Source of the DNA: an uncultured Candidatus Binatia bacterium
GTDB taxonomy: Bacteria; Desulfobacterota; Binatia; UBA9968; CAXXLF01
Direction: 5' to 3'
NCBI GenBank assembly: GCA_965218425.1
Contig: OZ244621.1
Location: 2,592,001-2,656,000, forward strand
DNA: 64,000 bases
Each line of letters begins with the position of its first letter. Position 1 is the first letter of the stretch. The position numbers and the translations under genes were made by a program. Positions 27,760 to 38,439 of this stretch are shown one piece after another. The notes below the pieces were generated by a model. That model was not told the DNA's origin. It did no database searches and was given only the letters and a program-made list of their open reading frames with translations.

Positions 27760-29163
27760 TCAACGTTTGCTTCCCTTGGCGTCGGGTAAATAGTCCTTCA
27801 GTTGGATCCGGTCCATGACCTCTTTGGGAATGAAAGATCTCTGCTCGTAGACGGCGGGTGGGGAGGGGATGGTACAGTCAATCCCCGCCCGCGTTCCCAA
27901 TCCCTGTCCCGTAGTGGTGGGCTCCAGGTGGGTGGCCTCCAGGTTAGGAACCACAATAAGGTCCTTGGCCCAATCCGATCGAGTGTCAATGGCCCACTGG
28001 ACTTCCTGCTCATCAAAGATATCCACGTCTTCGTCAAATACGAATACATGTTTAATGGCGTCAGGTTGGGATAACGCAGCCATGATTGCCATTCGCGGTT
28101 GAGCATCGTGGCTTTTTCGAATCTGAATATAGATGTGGTGGGGCGCTGCCATGGGCCGATACACCGCCAGAACCTGGGGCACCACCCGTTTCACTGCCTC
28201 GAAGACAATGCCTTCCCGGCGTAGCGCTCCGATCTGATCGTCGGCATATCCGGTGATGATGGAAACCCAATGGGCATTCGTACGGTGGCTGATACAGGTG
28301 ACTTCCATGTACGGGTTCAGGCGTTGAGCGCCAAAGTATCTGGTGTATTCGCCAAAGGGTCCCTCCGGTTTGAGTTTTCCCCGCGGCACGATCCCTTCAA
28401 TGACGAACTCCGCGTCGGCGGGGACCAGGAAATCGTCCCCCAGGGTTTCCGAAGGTACCAGTCGTAATGGCTCACCCAGACAACCCCCCGCCGTTTCCCA
28501 ATGGCTCAATGGGTATCCCATTTTGGCCTCCGCCCCCATACACACGGCAGGATGATGACCGGTCCAGTAAGCCACCCGAGGGTCCTCGCCGCGTTGCTCA
28601 CACTTGTTCATGTTCCAGCGGTTGTGGCTGGCACGATTGGGAAAAATGCGCAGTTCGCGCTTGCCAACAAACCACCCGCGCTGCAGCGCGCAGTTGTCGA
28701 TTCCTGTGTCCGGATCATAGGTCGTAAGATACCCGGCGGACACATAAGGGCCGGGATCCCATGCAGCGTGGACTATGGCCGGAATCTCTTGCTGATTGAC
28801 AGAATCACCTTTGTGGACGACCTGCTTTACCGGAGCGTCGCTACGGCTCACCACCACCGGCTTGATTCGTTCTTCCCGCCTCTGGTAAAGGTCACGACCG
28901 ACCTGTTCAAAAGTTGATCCCGCCGCAAAGGCCGATCGTTGCCGGGATGCAAACAAATTGAGAACCAACGGTGACGGTGAGATTTCACCTATTGTGGTGC
29001 GGATGCGGTGGAAGATGAATACGGGCGGCTCACGCAGCTCTTTTTGCGCCTTGAGGGCGATGGCAGAGGCGTCCCACCGGGCGTTGACTTCCTGATCCAC
29101 ATGAACCACAAGTCCGGGATTTGCCGATTCGTATTCCCTCAGGAATGATTGTAAGTCTTTCAT
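27760..29163 (-). CDS. UbiD-family (de)carboxylase, tandem duplicate of 26271
   Basis: Same length (467 aa) with long identical blocks; EGPFGEYT. Confidence 0.95.
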   Translation of the reverse strand: MKDLQSFLREYESANPGLVVHVDQEVNARWDASAIALKAQKELREPPVFIFHRIRTTIGEISPSPLVLNLFASRQRSAFAAGSTFEQVGRDLYQRREERIKPVVVSRSDAPVKQVVHKGDSVNQQEIPAIVHAAWDPGPYVSAGYLTTYDPDTGIDNCALQRGWFVGKRELRIFPNRASHNRWNMNKCEQRGEDPRVAYWTGHHPAVCMGAEAKMGYPLSHWETAGGCLGEPLRLVPSETLGDDFLVPADAEFVIEGIVPRGKLKPEGPFGEYTRYFGAQRLNPYMEVTCISHRTNAHWVSIITGYADDQIGALRREGIVFEAVKRVVPQVLAVYRPMAAPHHIYIQIRKSHDAQPRMAIMAALSQPDAIKHVFVFDEDVDIFDEQEVQWAIDTRSDWAKDLIVVPNLEATHLEPTTTGQGLGTRAGIDCTIPSPPAVYEQRSFIPKEVMDRIQLKDYLPDAKGSKR

Positions 29164-29277
29164 CTTTGGTCCTTATTTATGTGGAGTCCGGTTGTTTGAG
29201 CTGCCATTGAACAGACGACTTCAAATTTCAAGTCGATTTCGGAACGTTTCCGATCACCCGAGGAGAATACGCTAGCC

Positions 29278-30387
29278 CTATGGGTAACTCCACTTAAAGT
29301 TTCTGTCTTCATAGGCCCCCTCAGGCATCGAAGACTTGGATACTCTTTTGGCTAACTCAGTCTTGAATTTTTCACGGATCCAGGGGTCTTCGTCGGGATA
29401 CTCGATCTGATCTCTCTCCACGTCTTGCACCCGTTCGCTATAGCCCACCAGTCCCTCGGGGGAATGGAAGGCTAGATACCTGGCAGGACTGCCACCTACG
29501 TTGAAATGCTGGTGGAACCATCGATTAGGAGGGACAAGGACACTGGCTTCATGCCAGGGCATGACCAACTTCTCCTTTCCTTCTTCCCACATTATGGAAT
29601 ACCCTTCCCCGGCCGGGATGACGATGACGACCCCAGGGCCATGACGGTGGGCTTTCTTATAGGTGTCGGCGGGGAAAACTGACATGTGCCCCTTCATGGC
29701 TGAGTTGGGAAATTTCAGCAAGAGAACGTTGCCCCCCGCTCCTCGATGCTCGTGGGTGTCCAGTCTGTCCCAGTTTCTCAGGTCGGGGAAAAAGTTTCCA
29801 AACCAGATGTTTCGAGAGCGTGATTTTCCCGCCCATTCACCGGTGTCGCGCACGGCCTTCGCCTCAGAGTAGAACTCGCTCTGTGAGCCGTAGACGAGAT
29901 CCAAATCCACGTGGGAGTTATTGAAGTAGAATTTCGGGTCTGGCGTGATGGACATGGCCAGGGGAAGAAAATTGTAATGCAACAGTCTAACAGGTTTATT
30001 CCCCTGCATATTGCTCATCCGGTAGGAGTAGTTGCGGGGGATTATAAACAGACTGTTCGTTTGCCACTCGAAAGTCTTTTTAGGCGTTTCCTCTCCACCC
30101 CAGACAGTGGTGAGTCCTCGTCCCTCCACCACGTAAACGACTTCGTCCAGTACAAACCTAAAGGGCGGAAGAGTCTTTCCCGCAGGAATTTCTATGACTC
30201 TGGCTTCACTTACACCCTCCTGTCCGGCGAGCTTGAGAACGGCTCCGTTACACTGTCGTTCCTCCCACCAACCCACCTCCAGGGTCCGCAAGTCCTCAAC
30301 ATAATATCCTTGATGGACAGGTATCCCTTGAGACTCAACCCATCGATTGTACGCAGATACGTTCGAACCCGGGACTCGATTTGCCAT
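29278..30387 (-). CDS. bicupin protein (close paralog of 24921)
   Basis: KAHRHGPG...WFHQHFN, QIEYPDEDPWI. Confidence 0.85.
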   Translation of the reverse strand: MANRVPGSNVSAYNRWVESQGIPVHQGYYVEDLRTLEVGWWEERQCNGAVLKLAGQEGVSEARVIEIPAGKTLPPFRFVLDEVVYVVEGRGLTTVWGGEETPKKTFEWQTNSLFIIPRNYSYRMSNMQGNKPVRLLHYNFLPLAMSITPDPKFYFNNSHVDLDLVYGSQSEFYSEAKAVRDTGEWAGKSRSRNIWFGNFFPDLRNWDRLDTHEHRGAGGNVLLLKFPNSAMKGHMSVFPADTYKKAHRHGPGVVIVIPAGEGYSIMWEEGKEKLVMPWHEASVLVPPNRWFHQHFNVGGSPARYLAFHSPEGLVGYSERVQDVERDQIEYPDEDPWIREKFKTELAKRVSKSSMPEGAYEDRNFKWSYP

Positions 30388-30625
30388 GGCCTACTCCCTT
30401 TTTACCTAGACAAACGGTTGTTGTCGAACCCATGGTACCAAATTGCTCCAGAATCGCTTTAGCTTAGGGGGGATCGAGTGGTGCTGTCAAGGCACCAATG
30501 CTTAAGGCGCAGAGGAGGATTGGGTGTCGTAACGCAGTATTGCCCCCCTTGACAAGTTGTCACTGATTATGGTGTAAGGCTATCCGAACAATTGCGATCT
30601 TTCGAGCCAAAGGAGGAATGGAAGA

Positions 30626-31027
30626 ATGAGGCTACGCACAGCATTTGCGGTTCTATTCACCGCCGTATTTTTTCTTGGATTAGTGTTGGACGGGTGGTCT
30701 CAAGAACGAAAAAAACGTAGAAGGAGCAAGGCTCCTCAGGTGCTTGAAGGGGCGGTGTATGAAGTGGGGAAGCGGACAATCCAGTTGGATACCGGGAAGA
30801 GAAGACGAGGGAGAGTTTCTGCGGTGATTATTCCCGTGGATCCTGAACAGACCAAATTTCAAAAGGTTTCAACGGAAAAGCTGTCGCTCAAAGATCTCAA
30901 AAAGGGTGATGTGGTCATCATCAAGTACAACGCAAAGGGAAAATATGACCCGGTTCCCTATGTGATCGCCACCGGGGAGAGGAAAGAGATCAGGGAGGGG
31001 AGACGGGGCAAGAAGAAAAAGAAATAG
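30626..31027 (+). CDS. hypothetical exported, highly basic protein
   Basis: SD AGGAGG; signal peptide; LKDLKKGDVVIIKY (OB-like); poly-K/R ends. Confidence 0.75.
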   Translation: MRLRTAFAVLFTAVFFLGLVLDGWSQERKKRRRSKAPQVLEGAVYEVGKRTIQLDTGKRRRGRVSAVIIPVDPEQTKFQKVSTEKLSLKDLKKGDVVIIKYNAKGKYDPVPYVIATGERKEIREGRRGKKKKK

Positions 31028-31112
31028 TGGGGTTATAACCAAATTAATTTCTCCCAGCAAGCTTGAATGCCTGATTAGCCGGCGGAATAAAAGCTGCCAA
31101 GGGTAATGATGG

Positions 31113-31153
31113 GGCGAGCTTTTCTCAACCAACGAGGGGAGCTCGCCTTTTTT
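31113..31153 (+). terminator. intrinsic terminator
   Basis: GGCGAGCTTTTCTC / GAGGGGAGCTCGCC stem followed by TTTTTT. Confidence 0.8.
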
Positions 31154-31276
31154 ATTTAAGGGGGCGCATTATGTCCGCGAGGGAGGGTGGCGCGTCATGG
31201 TCTAACAAAGCACGGAGCTTGACAGGGTGTAGAAAGTATTGATATAGGGCGCATTACGAATGGTGGGAGGATATTT

Positions 31277-32431
31277 ATGATAAGAACAGTTGGTTTCGTT
31301 TCTTTCCTGGTTTTGATTCTCCTTTGGCCCCAGAGTGCGATCTCGGAGCCCTTACCCAAGGCCACACAGAAGATGTTGAAGGAATACAAGCTTGACCCCT
31401 CCGTGTTGGCCGACATCGACAAAGAGCTAAACCTCCCCAAGGAATGGATTAAAAAAGCGAAACAAGAAAAAAAGTTAAAAGTGCGCGGAAGCCCTGCTAC
31501 GGCCAAGGAGTTGAGGGTCCTCTTTGCTGCGTTTAAGGAGAGATACCCCTTTATTGAGCCGGATTATTTCGGGGCCAATCGGCAGGGTCGAACCATCAAG
31601 ACCCTCATGGCCTATAAAACAGGGCGATACCTTGCGGATCTTGTGATCAGTGTTGGAGTATTTACTGGTGAGTTCCAGAAAGCAGGGGGGTTGGAAAGCT
31701 TGCGCGATTTACCGGCCTTTAAGAACGTACCTGATCAACTCAAAGACCAGAAGGGTTTTTACGTCGGTATCAACAAAAATTACTGGTGTATGTCGTACAA
31801 TACCAGACTGGTCCAAAAAGAAGATCTGCCCAAAAAGTGGGATGACCTTCTGACTAACCCCATCTGGCGTGATGGCAACCTTGCCCTTGGAAACCGCCCC
31901 AATTTATGGGCGGTGAATTTGTGGCAAGCCAAGGGTGAGCGTTGGGTCAAAGATTTTCTCACCCGGCTATTCAAAGAGGTGAAACCCCAGTTGCGCAAAG
32001 AAGGGATGAACGCTCTTCCTCAGCTGGTTGCCGCAGGTGAGTTCTATGCGGCCATTCCGTCCAATTACAAACGTCCTTACCAGATGGTGCAGAAAGGAGC
32101 CCCCGTTGGCTTCGTTTGTCCTGAGCCCGTGCCCGGCTCCACTGAGGAGGCCATCATTCTCAAGGGTGCTCCTAACTTGTATGCTGCCAAGATCTTGATG
32201 AACTGGCTCTTGAGCAAGGAAGGGCAGATCGCTCAATACGCCCATGAGTTTGCAGCTCCGCTAGACGAGGGTCTGAGGCCGAAACTGCTACCCTTCGCGG
32301 ATCAGATCGTAGGTAAGCCGGAAGTTTTTCGGGATCCACGCACCGTGGAAACAAGCATGTCGAAGTTGTTTGAGTTCTGGAATGAACTCTGGCTGAAAGG
32401 GGGCGGAACGCCGCGCCGGCGTCGAAGGTGA
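31277..32431 (+). CDS. ABC solute-binding protein, paralog 3
   Basis: Signal peptide; YNTRLV, PQLRKEGMN, NWLLSKEGQ. Confidence 0.9.
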   Translation: MIRTVGFVSFLVLILLWPQSAISEPLPKATQKMLKEYKLDPSVLADIDKELNLPKEWIKKAKQEKKLKVRGSPATAKELRVLFAAFKERYPFIEPDYFGANRQGRTIKTLMAYKTGRYLADLVISVGVFTGEFQKAGGLESLRDLPAFKNVPDQLKDQKGFYVGINKNYWCMSYNTRLVQKEDLPKKWDDLLTNPIWRDGNLALGNRPNLWAVNLWQAKGERWVKDFLTRLFKEVKPQLRKEGMNALPQLVAAGEFYAAIPSNYKRPYQMVQKGAPVGFVCPEPVPGSTEEAIILKGAPNLYAAKILMNWLLSKEGQIAQYAHEFAAPLDEGLRPKLLPFADQIVGKPEVFRDPRTVETSMSKLFEFWNELWLKGGGTPRRRRR

Positions 32432-32489
32432 GTCAGGATCCAGCCAGTTTGAAACACCTTAGGACTGAAAAAGCCAGGAGAAGAATGAA

Positions 32490-33908
32490 ATGCCTTACAG
32501 AGATCTCAGGGAATTTTTAACCACGCTGGAAAAACATCAGGAGCTTCGCACCGTTCAGGGCGCCGACTGGAACCTGGAGATCGGCGCCATTACCGAATTG
32601 AATTACGAGCGGCAAGGACCGGCTTTTCTTTTCGATTCCATTAAAGATTATCCCAAGGGTTACCGGATTTTAAGCAACGCCATGGATAATCTTCCTCGTT
32701 CTCTGCTGGCCATCGATTTCCCTCCCGACCTCGACATGAACGGGGCGTTGGATGCCTATACAAAAAAGATCGCTTCCTACTCACCCGTACCTCCTGTAGA
32801 AGTGGAAACGGGCCCGGTCTTTGAAAATGTTTTTACCGGCGATGACATCGATTTGTGGAAATTTCCCACCCCGCTATGGCATGAGGACGACGGCGGACGC
32901 TTCATCGGTACCGGATGCGTGGTGTACATGAGAGATCCCGATACCGGCAAGGTCAACTTCGGCTGTTATCGAGTCATGATGCAGGACAAGAATACGGTGG
33001 GTCTCTACATTACTCCCTCCAAGACGGGAGCGGTCATTCGAAAAAAATATTGGGAGCGAGGTCAGGCCTGTCCCGTGGCGGTTTCCATGGGCCAGGAACC
33101 GGTGATGTTTCTAGCAGCGGCCCCCATGCTGGGTCAAAAGCGCGGGCTCTTTAAGTACGAGCTCGTCGGTCATGTTCGCGGGGCGCCGGTTGAAGTGGTC
33201 CGCGAACAGGTGACGGGGCTGCCCATCCCTGCCACCGCAGAGATTGTGGTCGCCGGAGAGGTGCCTCCCCCCGAGGTCGAATCCAGAGATGAGGGACCAT
33301 TTGGCGAGTGGACCGGGTACTACGCCTCGGGCACCAGGCCCGAGCCGGTGATCAGGGTGAAAGCTCTTTATCATCGTAATGACCCCATCATCCTCGGTAT
33401 GCCCCCGGTAAGGCATCGTCATACGGGGAGTCACTTTCAACTCCCCACCCATGCGCCCAACGATAAGGAAATGCTTCAAAAAGCCGGAATAACCGACGTT
33501 CTGGACGTGTGGCGCCTGGGGGTGCCCGGTGTCACGGTGGTCCAGATTCGTCAGCGCTACCCCGGCCACGCCATGAAGGCCGCGTTGGCGGCTTCCGGTG
33601 ACTACATGGGGCGGTTCGTGGTGGTAGTGGACGAGGATATAAACCCAAGGGACCGCGAGGATGTGCTGTGGGCCATTGGGACTCGGTGTGATCCGGAAAC
33701 GAGCATTACCATTCTCAAGGACTGCCCCTCCAGCCCCCTGGACCCCCGTGTCCCGCCCGAACAGAAAAAGAGAGGGGATTTGACCAGCTCCCGCGCCATC
33801 ATCAATGCCTGCAAGCCATACGAGTGGATGAAGGACTTCCCCCGCACCAACATCGCAAGCCCCGAGCTTCGGAGCCGAGTTCTAGCGAAGTGGAAAGATC
33901 TGATCTGA
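32490..33908 (+). CDS. UbiD-family (de)carboxylase
   Basis: YRDLREFL, DWNLEIGA, DGGRFIGT, EGPFGEWTGYY, VDEDI. Confidence 0.95.
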   Translation: MPYRDLREFLTTLEKHQELRTVQGADWNLEIGAITELNYERQGPAFLFDSIKDYPKGYRILSNAMDNLPRSLLAIDFPPDLDMNGALDAYTKKIASYSPVPPVEVETGPVFENVFTGDDIDLWKFPTPLWHEDDGGRFIGTGCVVYMRDPDTGKVNFGCYRVMMQDKNTVGLYITPSKTGAVIRKKYWERGQACPVAVSMGQEPVMFLAAAPMLGQKRGLFKYELVGHVRGAPVEVVREQVTGLPIPATAEIVVAGEVPPPEVESRDEGPFGEWTGYYASGTRPEPVIRVKALYHRNDPIILGMPPVRHRHTGSHFQLPTHAPNDKEMLQKAGITDVLDVWRLGVPGVTVVQIRQRYPGHAMKAALAASGDYMGRFVVVVDEDINPRDREDVLWAIGTRCDPETSITILKDCPSSPLDPRVPPEQKKRGDLTSSRAIINACKPYEWMKDFPRTNIASPELRSRVLAKWKDLI

Positions 33909-33990
33909 AACTCAGCACCGGGTTTTATCGTAAGTTCTGATTGCCTTTGGTTGATTGAGTTGCCACCAAAGAACTCAGAAAGGAATATTG

Positions 33991-34950
33991 ATGGATTTTA
34001 AGACACCTCATTTTCCTCCTTCCATTACTCGGTCGCGTATGGTGTTGGAAGTGGCTTCAGAAATGGTTGGAAAGAAGGAATTCCCCTATCGTCAGGCCAA
34101 GCTTAGCCTTCGAGAACAAGGTCCGGGGAGTTGGAATTACAATTTCTTTGGCAGTGACACTCCAGACGCCATCCATGAAGTAGCGCGCCGGGAGGCGGAT
34201 GTAGCGATCATCAATCCTGCTGGACCCCTTACCTTGGCTTATAAAGGGACGGGACCATTTAATGAGCCTGTTCCTGTGAGGATCATCACGGTAATCCCTT
34301 CCCTGGACCAGTTTGCCTTTGCCGTCCTGGGGAGCACCGGATTGACCTCATTGTCAGACCTGCGTGATCGTCGCTATCCACTCAAAGTTTCGCTACGGGA
34401 CCAACGAAACCATTCGGACCATTTTGTTATCAATCAGGTGCTATCGGAAGCCGGGTTTTCCCTGGACGATATCACCTCCTGGGGTGGGACGGTAAGATAC
34501 GACCCTGGAATACCGGGGGCCAGTAGGATTGGTCTTATCGAGCGTGGGGAAGCGGATGCGATTTTCGATGAGGCCGTGGATTCCTGGGCGGCGAAGGGTC
34601 TGGATCTGGGCATGCGTTTCTTGTCCCTCGACGAGTCCCTGATCAAGCGGCTGGAGACCAAGGGCCTTCGTCGTGCGGTGATCAAGAAGTCCGATTACCC
34701 GAAGATCGAGGCCGATGTCTTGACGGTGGATTTCAGTGGGTGGCCTGTGTTTGCCCATGCCAGTGTCCCGGACGAAGTCATCGCCACCTTTTGCGCGGCA
34801 CTGGAGGCACGGAGGGGAGCCGTTCCGTGGCAAGGAGAGGGGCCTCTTCCGTTAGAACGCATGTGCCGCGACGCGGAAGATACGCCCCTGGACGTTCCCC
34901 TGCACCCCGCGGCGGAGCGTTATTGGCGCCAGCGTGGTTACCTCACCTGA
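33991..34950 (+). CDS. TAXI-family solute-receptor-like protein, no signal peptide
   Basis: AYKGTGPF, GLTSLSDL, C-terminal PLHPAAERYW; ATG 33991. Confidence 0.75.
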   Translation: MDFKTPHFPPSITRSRMVLEVASEMVGKKEFPYRQAKLSLREQGPGSWNYNFFGSDTPDAIHEVARREADVAIINPAGPLTLAYKGTGPFNEPVPVRIITVIPSLDQFAFAVLGSTGLTSLSDLRDRRYPLKVSLRDQRNHSDHFVINQVLSEAGFSLDDITSWGGTVRYDPGIPGASRIGLIERGEADAIFDEAVDSWAAKGLDLGMRFLSLDESLIKRLETKGLRRAVIKKSDYPKIEADVLTVDFSGWPVFAHASVPDEVIATFCAALEARRGAVPWQGEGPLPLERMCRDAEDTPLDVPLHPAAERYWRQRGYLT

Positions 34951-34988
34951 TTAACCATCCCCTTGTGCGCTGACGAAGAGATTGACCC

Positions 34989-35948
34989 GTGGACAAGAAA
35001 AGTAATCGTGTCTCACCTTCAGCGATCCGGTCTCGATTGGTTTTGGAAGTGGCGTCGGAACTCGTCGGTCGAAGATCGTTTGCAACCAATCAGGCTAAAG
35101 TCAGCCTTCGTGAACAGGGTCCAGGCGCCTGGCGACTAAATTTCTTTGGCAGTGACGCTCCCGATGCCATTGAGGACCTTCGGCGCCGAGACGTGGATGT
35201 GGCGATAATCAATCCTTCGGCCCCCCTGACCTTGGCCTACAGGGGCACTGGACCTTTTAAGGAACCCATCCCTGTGAGGGCCATTGCAGTCATTCCATCC
35301 TCCGACGTGTTCGTGCTTGCCGTATGCGAAGCCACCGGTTTGACCTCCCTCTCAGACATTCGGGAGCGTCGTTTCCCCCTCCGGGTTTCGCTTAGGAGTC
35401 AGAAGAACCATTCTCTTCATTTGTTTGTGGATCAAATACTCTCGGAAGCGGGGTTTTCCCTTTCTGATATCGTTGCCTGGGGCGGACAGGTTAGGTATGA
35501 TCCCGGGATGCCCGGACGGGACCGAATCAATTTCGTGCAGCGCGGCGAAGTGGACGCGATTTTCGATGAAAGCTTGGGCTCCTGGGGGAATAGGGCCTTG
35601 GACTTGGGCATGCGTTTCTTGTCCTTTGGGGAACCTATCCTCCAGCGGTTGGAAGCTACGGGCTTCCGGCGGGCGACCATAACCAAGGGGAGTTATCCCA
35701 AGCTGCCGGCGGACATTGAAACCCTCGATTTCAGTGGGTGGCCGATTTTTACTCATGCACAAGCGTCGGAATCAGTGGTGATCTCTTTTTGCGAGGCCCT
35801 GCAGGCCCGCAAGGAGTCAATCCCATGGCAGGGGGAAGGGGCTCTTCCCCTGGAGCACATGTGTGGAGATACTGTTGACGGTCCCCTCGATGTTCCGCTG
35901 CATCCTGCCGCGCAGCGGTATTGGCGTGTCCGCGGATACCTGACTTGA
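34989..35948 (+). CDS. TAXI-family solute-receptor-like protein, tandem paralog
   Basis: AYRGTGPF, DAIFDE, PLHPAAQRYW; GTG start. Confidence 0.75.
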   Translation: MDKKSNRVSPSAIRSRLVLEVASELVGRRSFATNQAKVSLREQGPGAWRLNFFGSDAPDAIEDLRRRDVDVAIINPSAPLTLAYRGTGPFKEPIPVRAIAVIPSSDVFVLAVCEATGLTSLSDIRERRFPLRVSLRSQKNHSLHLFVDQILSEAGFSLSDIVAWGGQVRYDPGMPGRDRINFVQRGEVDAIFDESLGSWGNRALDLGMRFLSFGEPILQRLEATGFRRATITKGSYPKLPADIETLDFSGWPIFTHAQASESVVISFCEALQARKESIPWQGEGALPLEHMCGDTVDGPLDVPLHPAAQRYWRVRGYLT

Positions 35949-36051
35949 GCGGACATTAAAATGTTCAACTTTTCCCCGGATTCCGTAATTCAAAATTCAA
36001 CAGAAAATCTAAACGGACTGATTAGAATTATAAAATAGGAAAGGGTCTTAG

Positions 36052-38307
36052 ATGAGCAGCAGCGTCATTGGCCGGGGTATTCCCCGCATTGAAGGAGAAA
36101 GCAAAGTAACAGGGACCTCCGTCTATTCAGCAGACGTCAAGCGTCCCGATGCCCTATGGGGTAGTTTCCTACGCAGTCCATATCCCCACGCCCGGATTGT
36201 CAATATTGATACCAGTCGGGCCGCCAAACTTGTGGGGGTCAAGGCCATTGTGACGGGAAGGGATGTTTCACCCCGCTTGGAAGGCTGTGCTTTGCTGGAC
36301 AAGCCGGTGCTGGCACAAGAGCGTGTTCGATACATCGGGGAAAAAGTAGCGGCCGTGGCAGCCGCCGGCAGGGATGATTTGGAGGAAGCACTGGAGCTGA
36401 TTGATGTGGAGTATGAGGAGTTGCCGGCGGTCTTCGATCCGTTGGAAGCCATGAAACCCGAGGCACCCGTCCTTCATCCCGATTACGCCGGTTACAAAGG
36501 GATTAATAAGGACGAATCTTGGAGGAACGTCCGTTCAGCAGAACGGTCCCATAAGGGAGATATCGATCAGGGTTTTGCGGAATCGGATCGAATCTTCGAA
36601 CATACCTTTCGAACCCAGGCCGTTCATCATGCCTTCGTGGAACCTCGCGCCGGGCTGTTAGCTATTGATTCTCAAGGCCGCGTGGATATCTGGCAATGTC
36701 ACCAGGCTCCCTTCTTGATCCGCACCTGGTTGGCCGCCCACGCGGATCTGCCCGAAGAGATGATCGCCGTTCACCCGGTCTCCACCGGGGGTTCCTTTGG
36801 CGGCAAGCAGGGATCTGAAGACATTATCTGCACCTATTATCTTGCTCGGGCTTCAGGGTGCCCCGTAAGGTATGTGGAGAGTTACGCGGAGGAGTTGCAA
36901 GACGGTCAGCCCCGTCATGCGGCAGTGATCACTCTCAGGACAGGAGTAAAACGGGACGGGCGGTTGTGGGCTTGGGATGGAAAGATTTTTTATAACGGCG
37001 GAGCCTATGGGGCGAGAACTCCAAGAAACGGAATGAACGGCACTTTCCTCATGGCGGGTTCTTACCGGACCCCCCATGTGCGCATGGAAGGCTATATTGT
37101 TTACACCAATCGTGTTCCCTCCGGTTATTTCCGTGCCCCCGGCGAGCTCCAGACTCTGTTCGCGGCTGAGAACCATATGGACATGATAGCCCAGGAGCTC
37201 GAGGTAGATCCTCTGGAATTTCGTAGGGTCAATGCCTTGAGGGAGGGAGACACAAAACCCAACGGGAAACCCCTAAGAGACCCATGTGCCTTGCAGGTGC
37301 TGGATCGGGTGGCTGAGGTCTCCAAATGGAAAAGAAACAGGACTCAGCTTCCCAAGGGCCGGCCCAACGTCTTGGTGGGGCGCGGGATCAGTTTGGGTGA
37401 CCGGCATATCGGATCGGGGGAGTCCAGTGCCCAGCTATTTCTTGAATCTGATGGTTTCCTGCGGTTGGCCACGGCCGTACGCGACGTTGGGGTGGGTGCC
37501 TACACCATGCACCGGCAGGTGGTGGCGGAGGTTCTCGGCATCGAGCCTGAGTTGGTACGAGTGGAAGTGGGGGGGACCGATACAGGGCCCTACGATGAAG
37601 GTGTCAGGGGACAGAGGGGGACCCACGTAGAGGGCCAAGCCGTCTGGCGGGCTGCCAACGATCTAATCGAGATCTTACGCAATCGAGCGGCATCCCACTG
37701 GAAAGTAAATCCAGACCAGATCCGTTGGGAGCGGGGGCGGATACTCCTCAGCGGATCGAAAAAGCAGACCTTGAACCTCAAGGACCTTGCCGGAATTCCA
37801 GCGGACAGTACCCCTTGCGGGTTTGGTCACTGGAAGGCGGGTGAGGTTCATACCTACGCCTTCCAGGCCATGGTAGCCGAAGTGGAGGTGGATCGAGAGA
37901 CGGGACAGGTAACGGTGCGCCGGCTGAACCTGGCCCACGATGTGACCAAGATCATCAATCCGATCATCTATCAGGGGCAGATCGAGGGTGCGGTGACCCA
38001 GGGGCTAGGATTTACGCTTTCAGAACATCTTGCCGTGGAAGACGGCCGGGTGACGACCCTCAGCCTGGGGGACTACAAGATTCCCACCATCCGCGATATC
38101 CCCATCTTGACCACATCACGGGTGCCTGCCAATGAAGGTCCGGGGCCCTTTGGAGCCAAGGCGGTGGCGGAATCCGGCATCGGTCTGGTGGCTCCGGCCA
38201 TTGCCAATGCCGTTTATGACGCCACCGGAGTGAGGATTACAGAGTTACCCATCTCACCCGACAAAATCTTACAGGGATTGGCGGAAAGAGAAAGACTTTC
38301 GGCATAG
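36052..38307 (+). CDS. xanthine-dehydrogenase-family molybdopterin-binding (large) subunit
   Basis: LRSPYPHARI, GGSFGGK, FRAPG, EVEVDRETG, GQIEG, GPFGAKAVAE. Confidence 0.95.
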   Translation: MSSSVIGRGIPRIEGESKVTGTSVYSADVKRPDALWGSFLRSPYPHARIVNIDTSRAAKLVGVKAIVTGRDVSPRLEGCALLDKPVLAQERVRYIGEKVAAVAAAGRDDLEEALELIDVEYEELPAVFDPLEAMKPEAPVLHPDYAGYKGINKDESWRNVRSAERSHKGDIDQGFAESDRIFEHTFRTQAVHHAFVEPRAGLLAIDSQGRVDIWQCHQAPFLIRTWLAAHADLPEEMIAVHPVSTGGSFGGKQGSEDIICTYYLARASGCPVRYVESYAEELQDGQPRHAAVITLRTGVKRDGRLWAWDGKIFYNGGAYGARTPRNGMNGTFLMAGSYRTPHVRMEGYIVYTNRVPSGYFRAPGELQTLFAAENHMDMIAQELEVDPLEFRRVNALREGDTKPNGKPLRDPCALQVLDRVAEVSKWKRNRTQLPKGRPNVLVGRGISLGDRHIGSGESSAQLFLESDGFLRLATAVRDVGVGAYTMHRQVVAEVLGIEPELVRVEVGGTDTGPYDEGVRGQRGTHVEGQAVWRAANDLIEILRNRAASHWKVNPDQIRWERGRILLSGSKKQTLNLKDLAGIPADSTPCGFGHWKAGEVHTYAFQAMVAEVEVDRETGQVTVRRLNLAHDVTKIINPIIYQGQIEGAVTQGLGFTLSEHLAVEDGRVTTLSLGDYKIPTIRDIPILTTSRVPANEGPGPFGAKAVAESGIGLVAPAIANAVYDATGVRITELPISPDKILQGLAERERLSA

Positions 38308-38439
38308 AGTATAGTCAGAGTAGGGTAAGAACCTAGGTAATGGAAAAAGAAGAAGACCAAATCGGTTCTCGTGAGCACGAGAAAATGGAATTTGGGACGG
38401 CAGGAAAAATTGAATTACCGGTGAATCATGGAGGAATCA

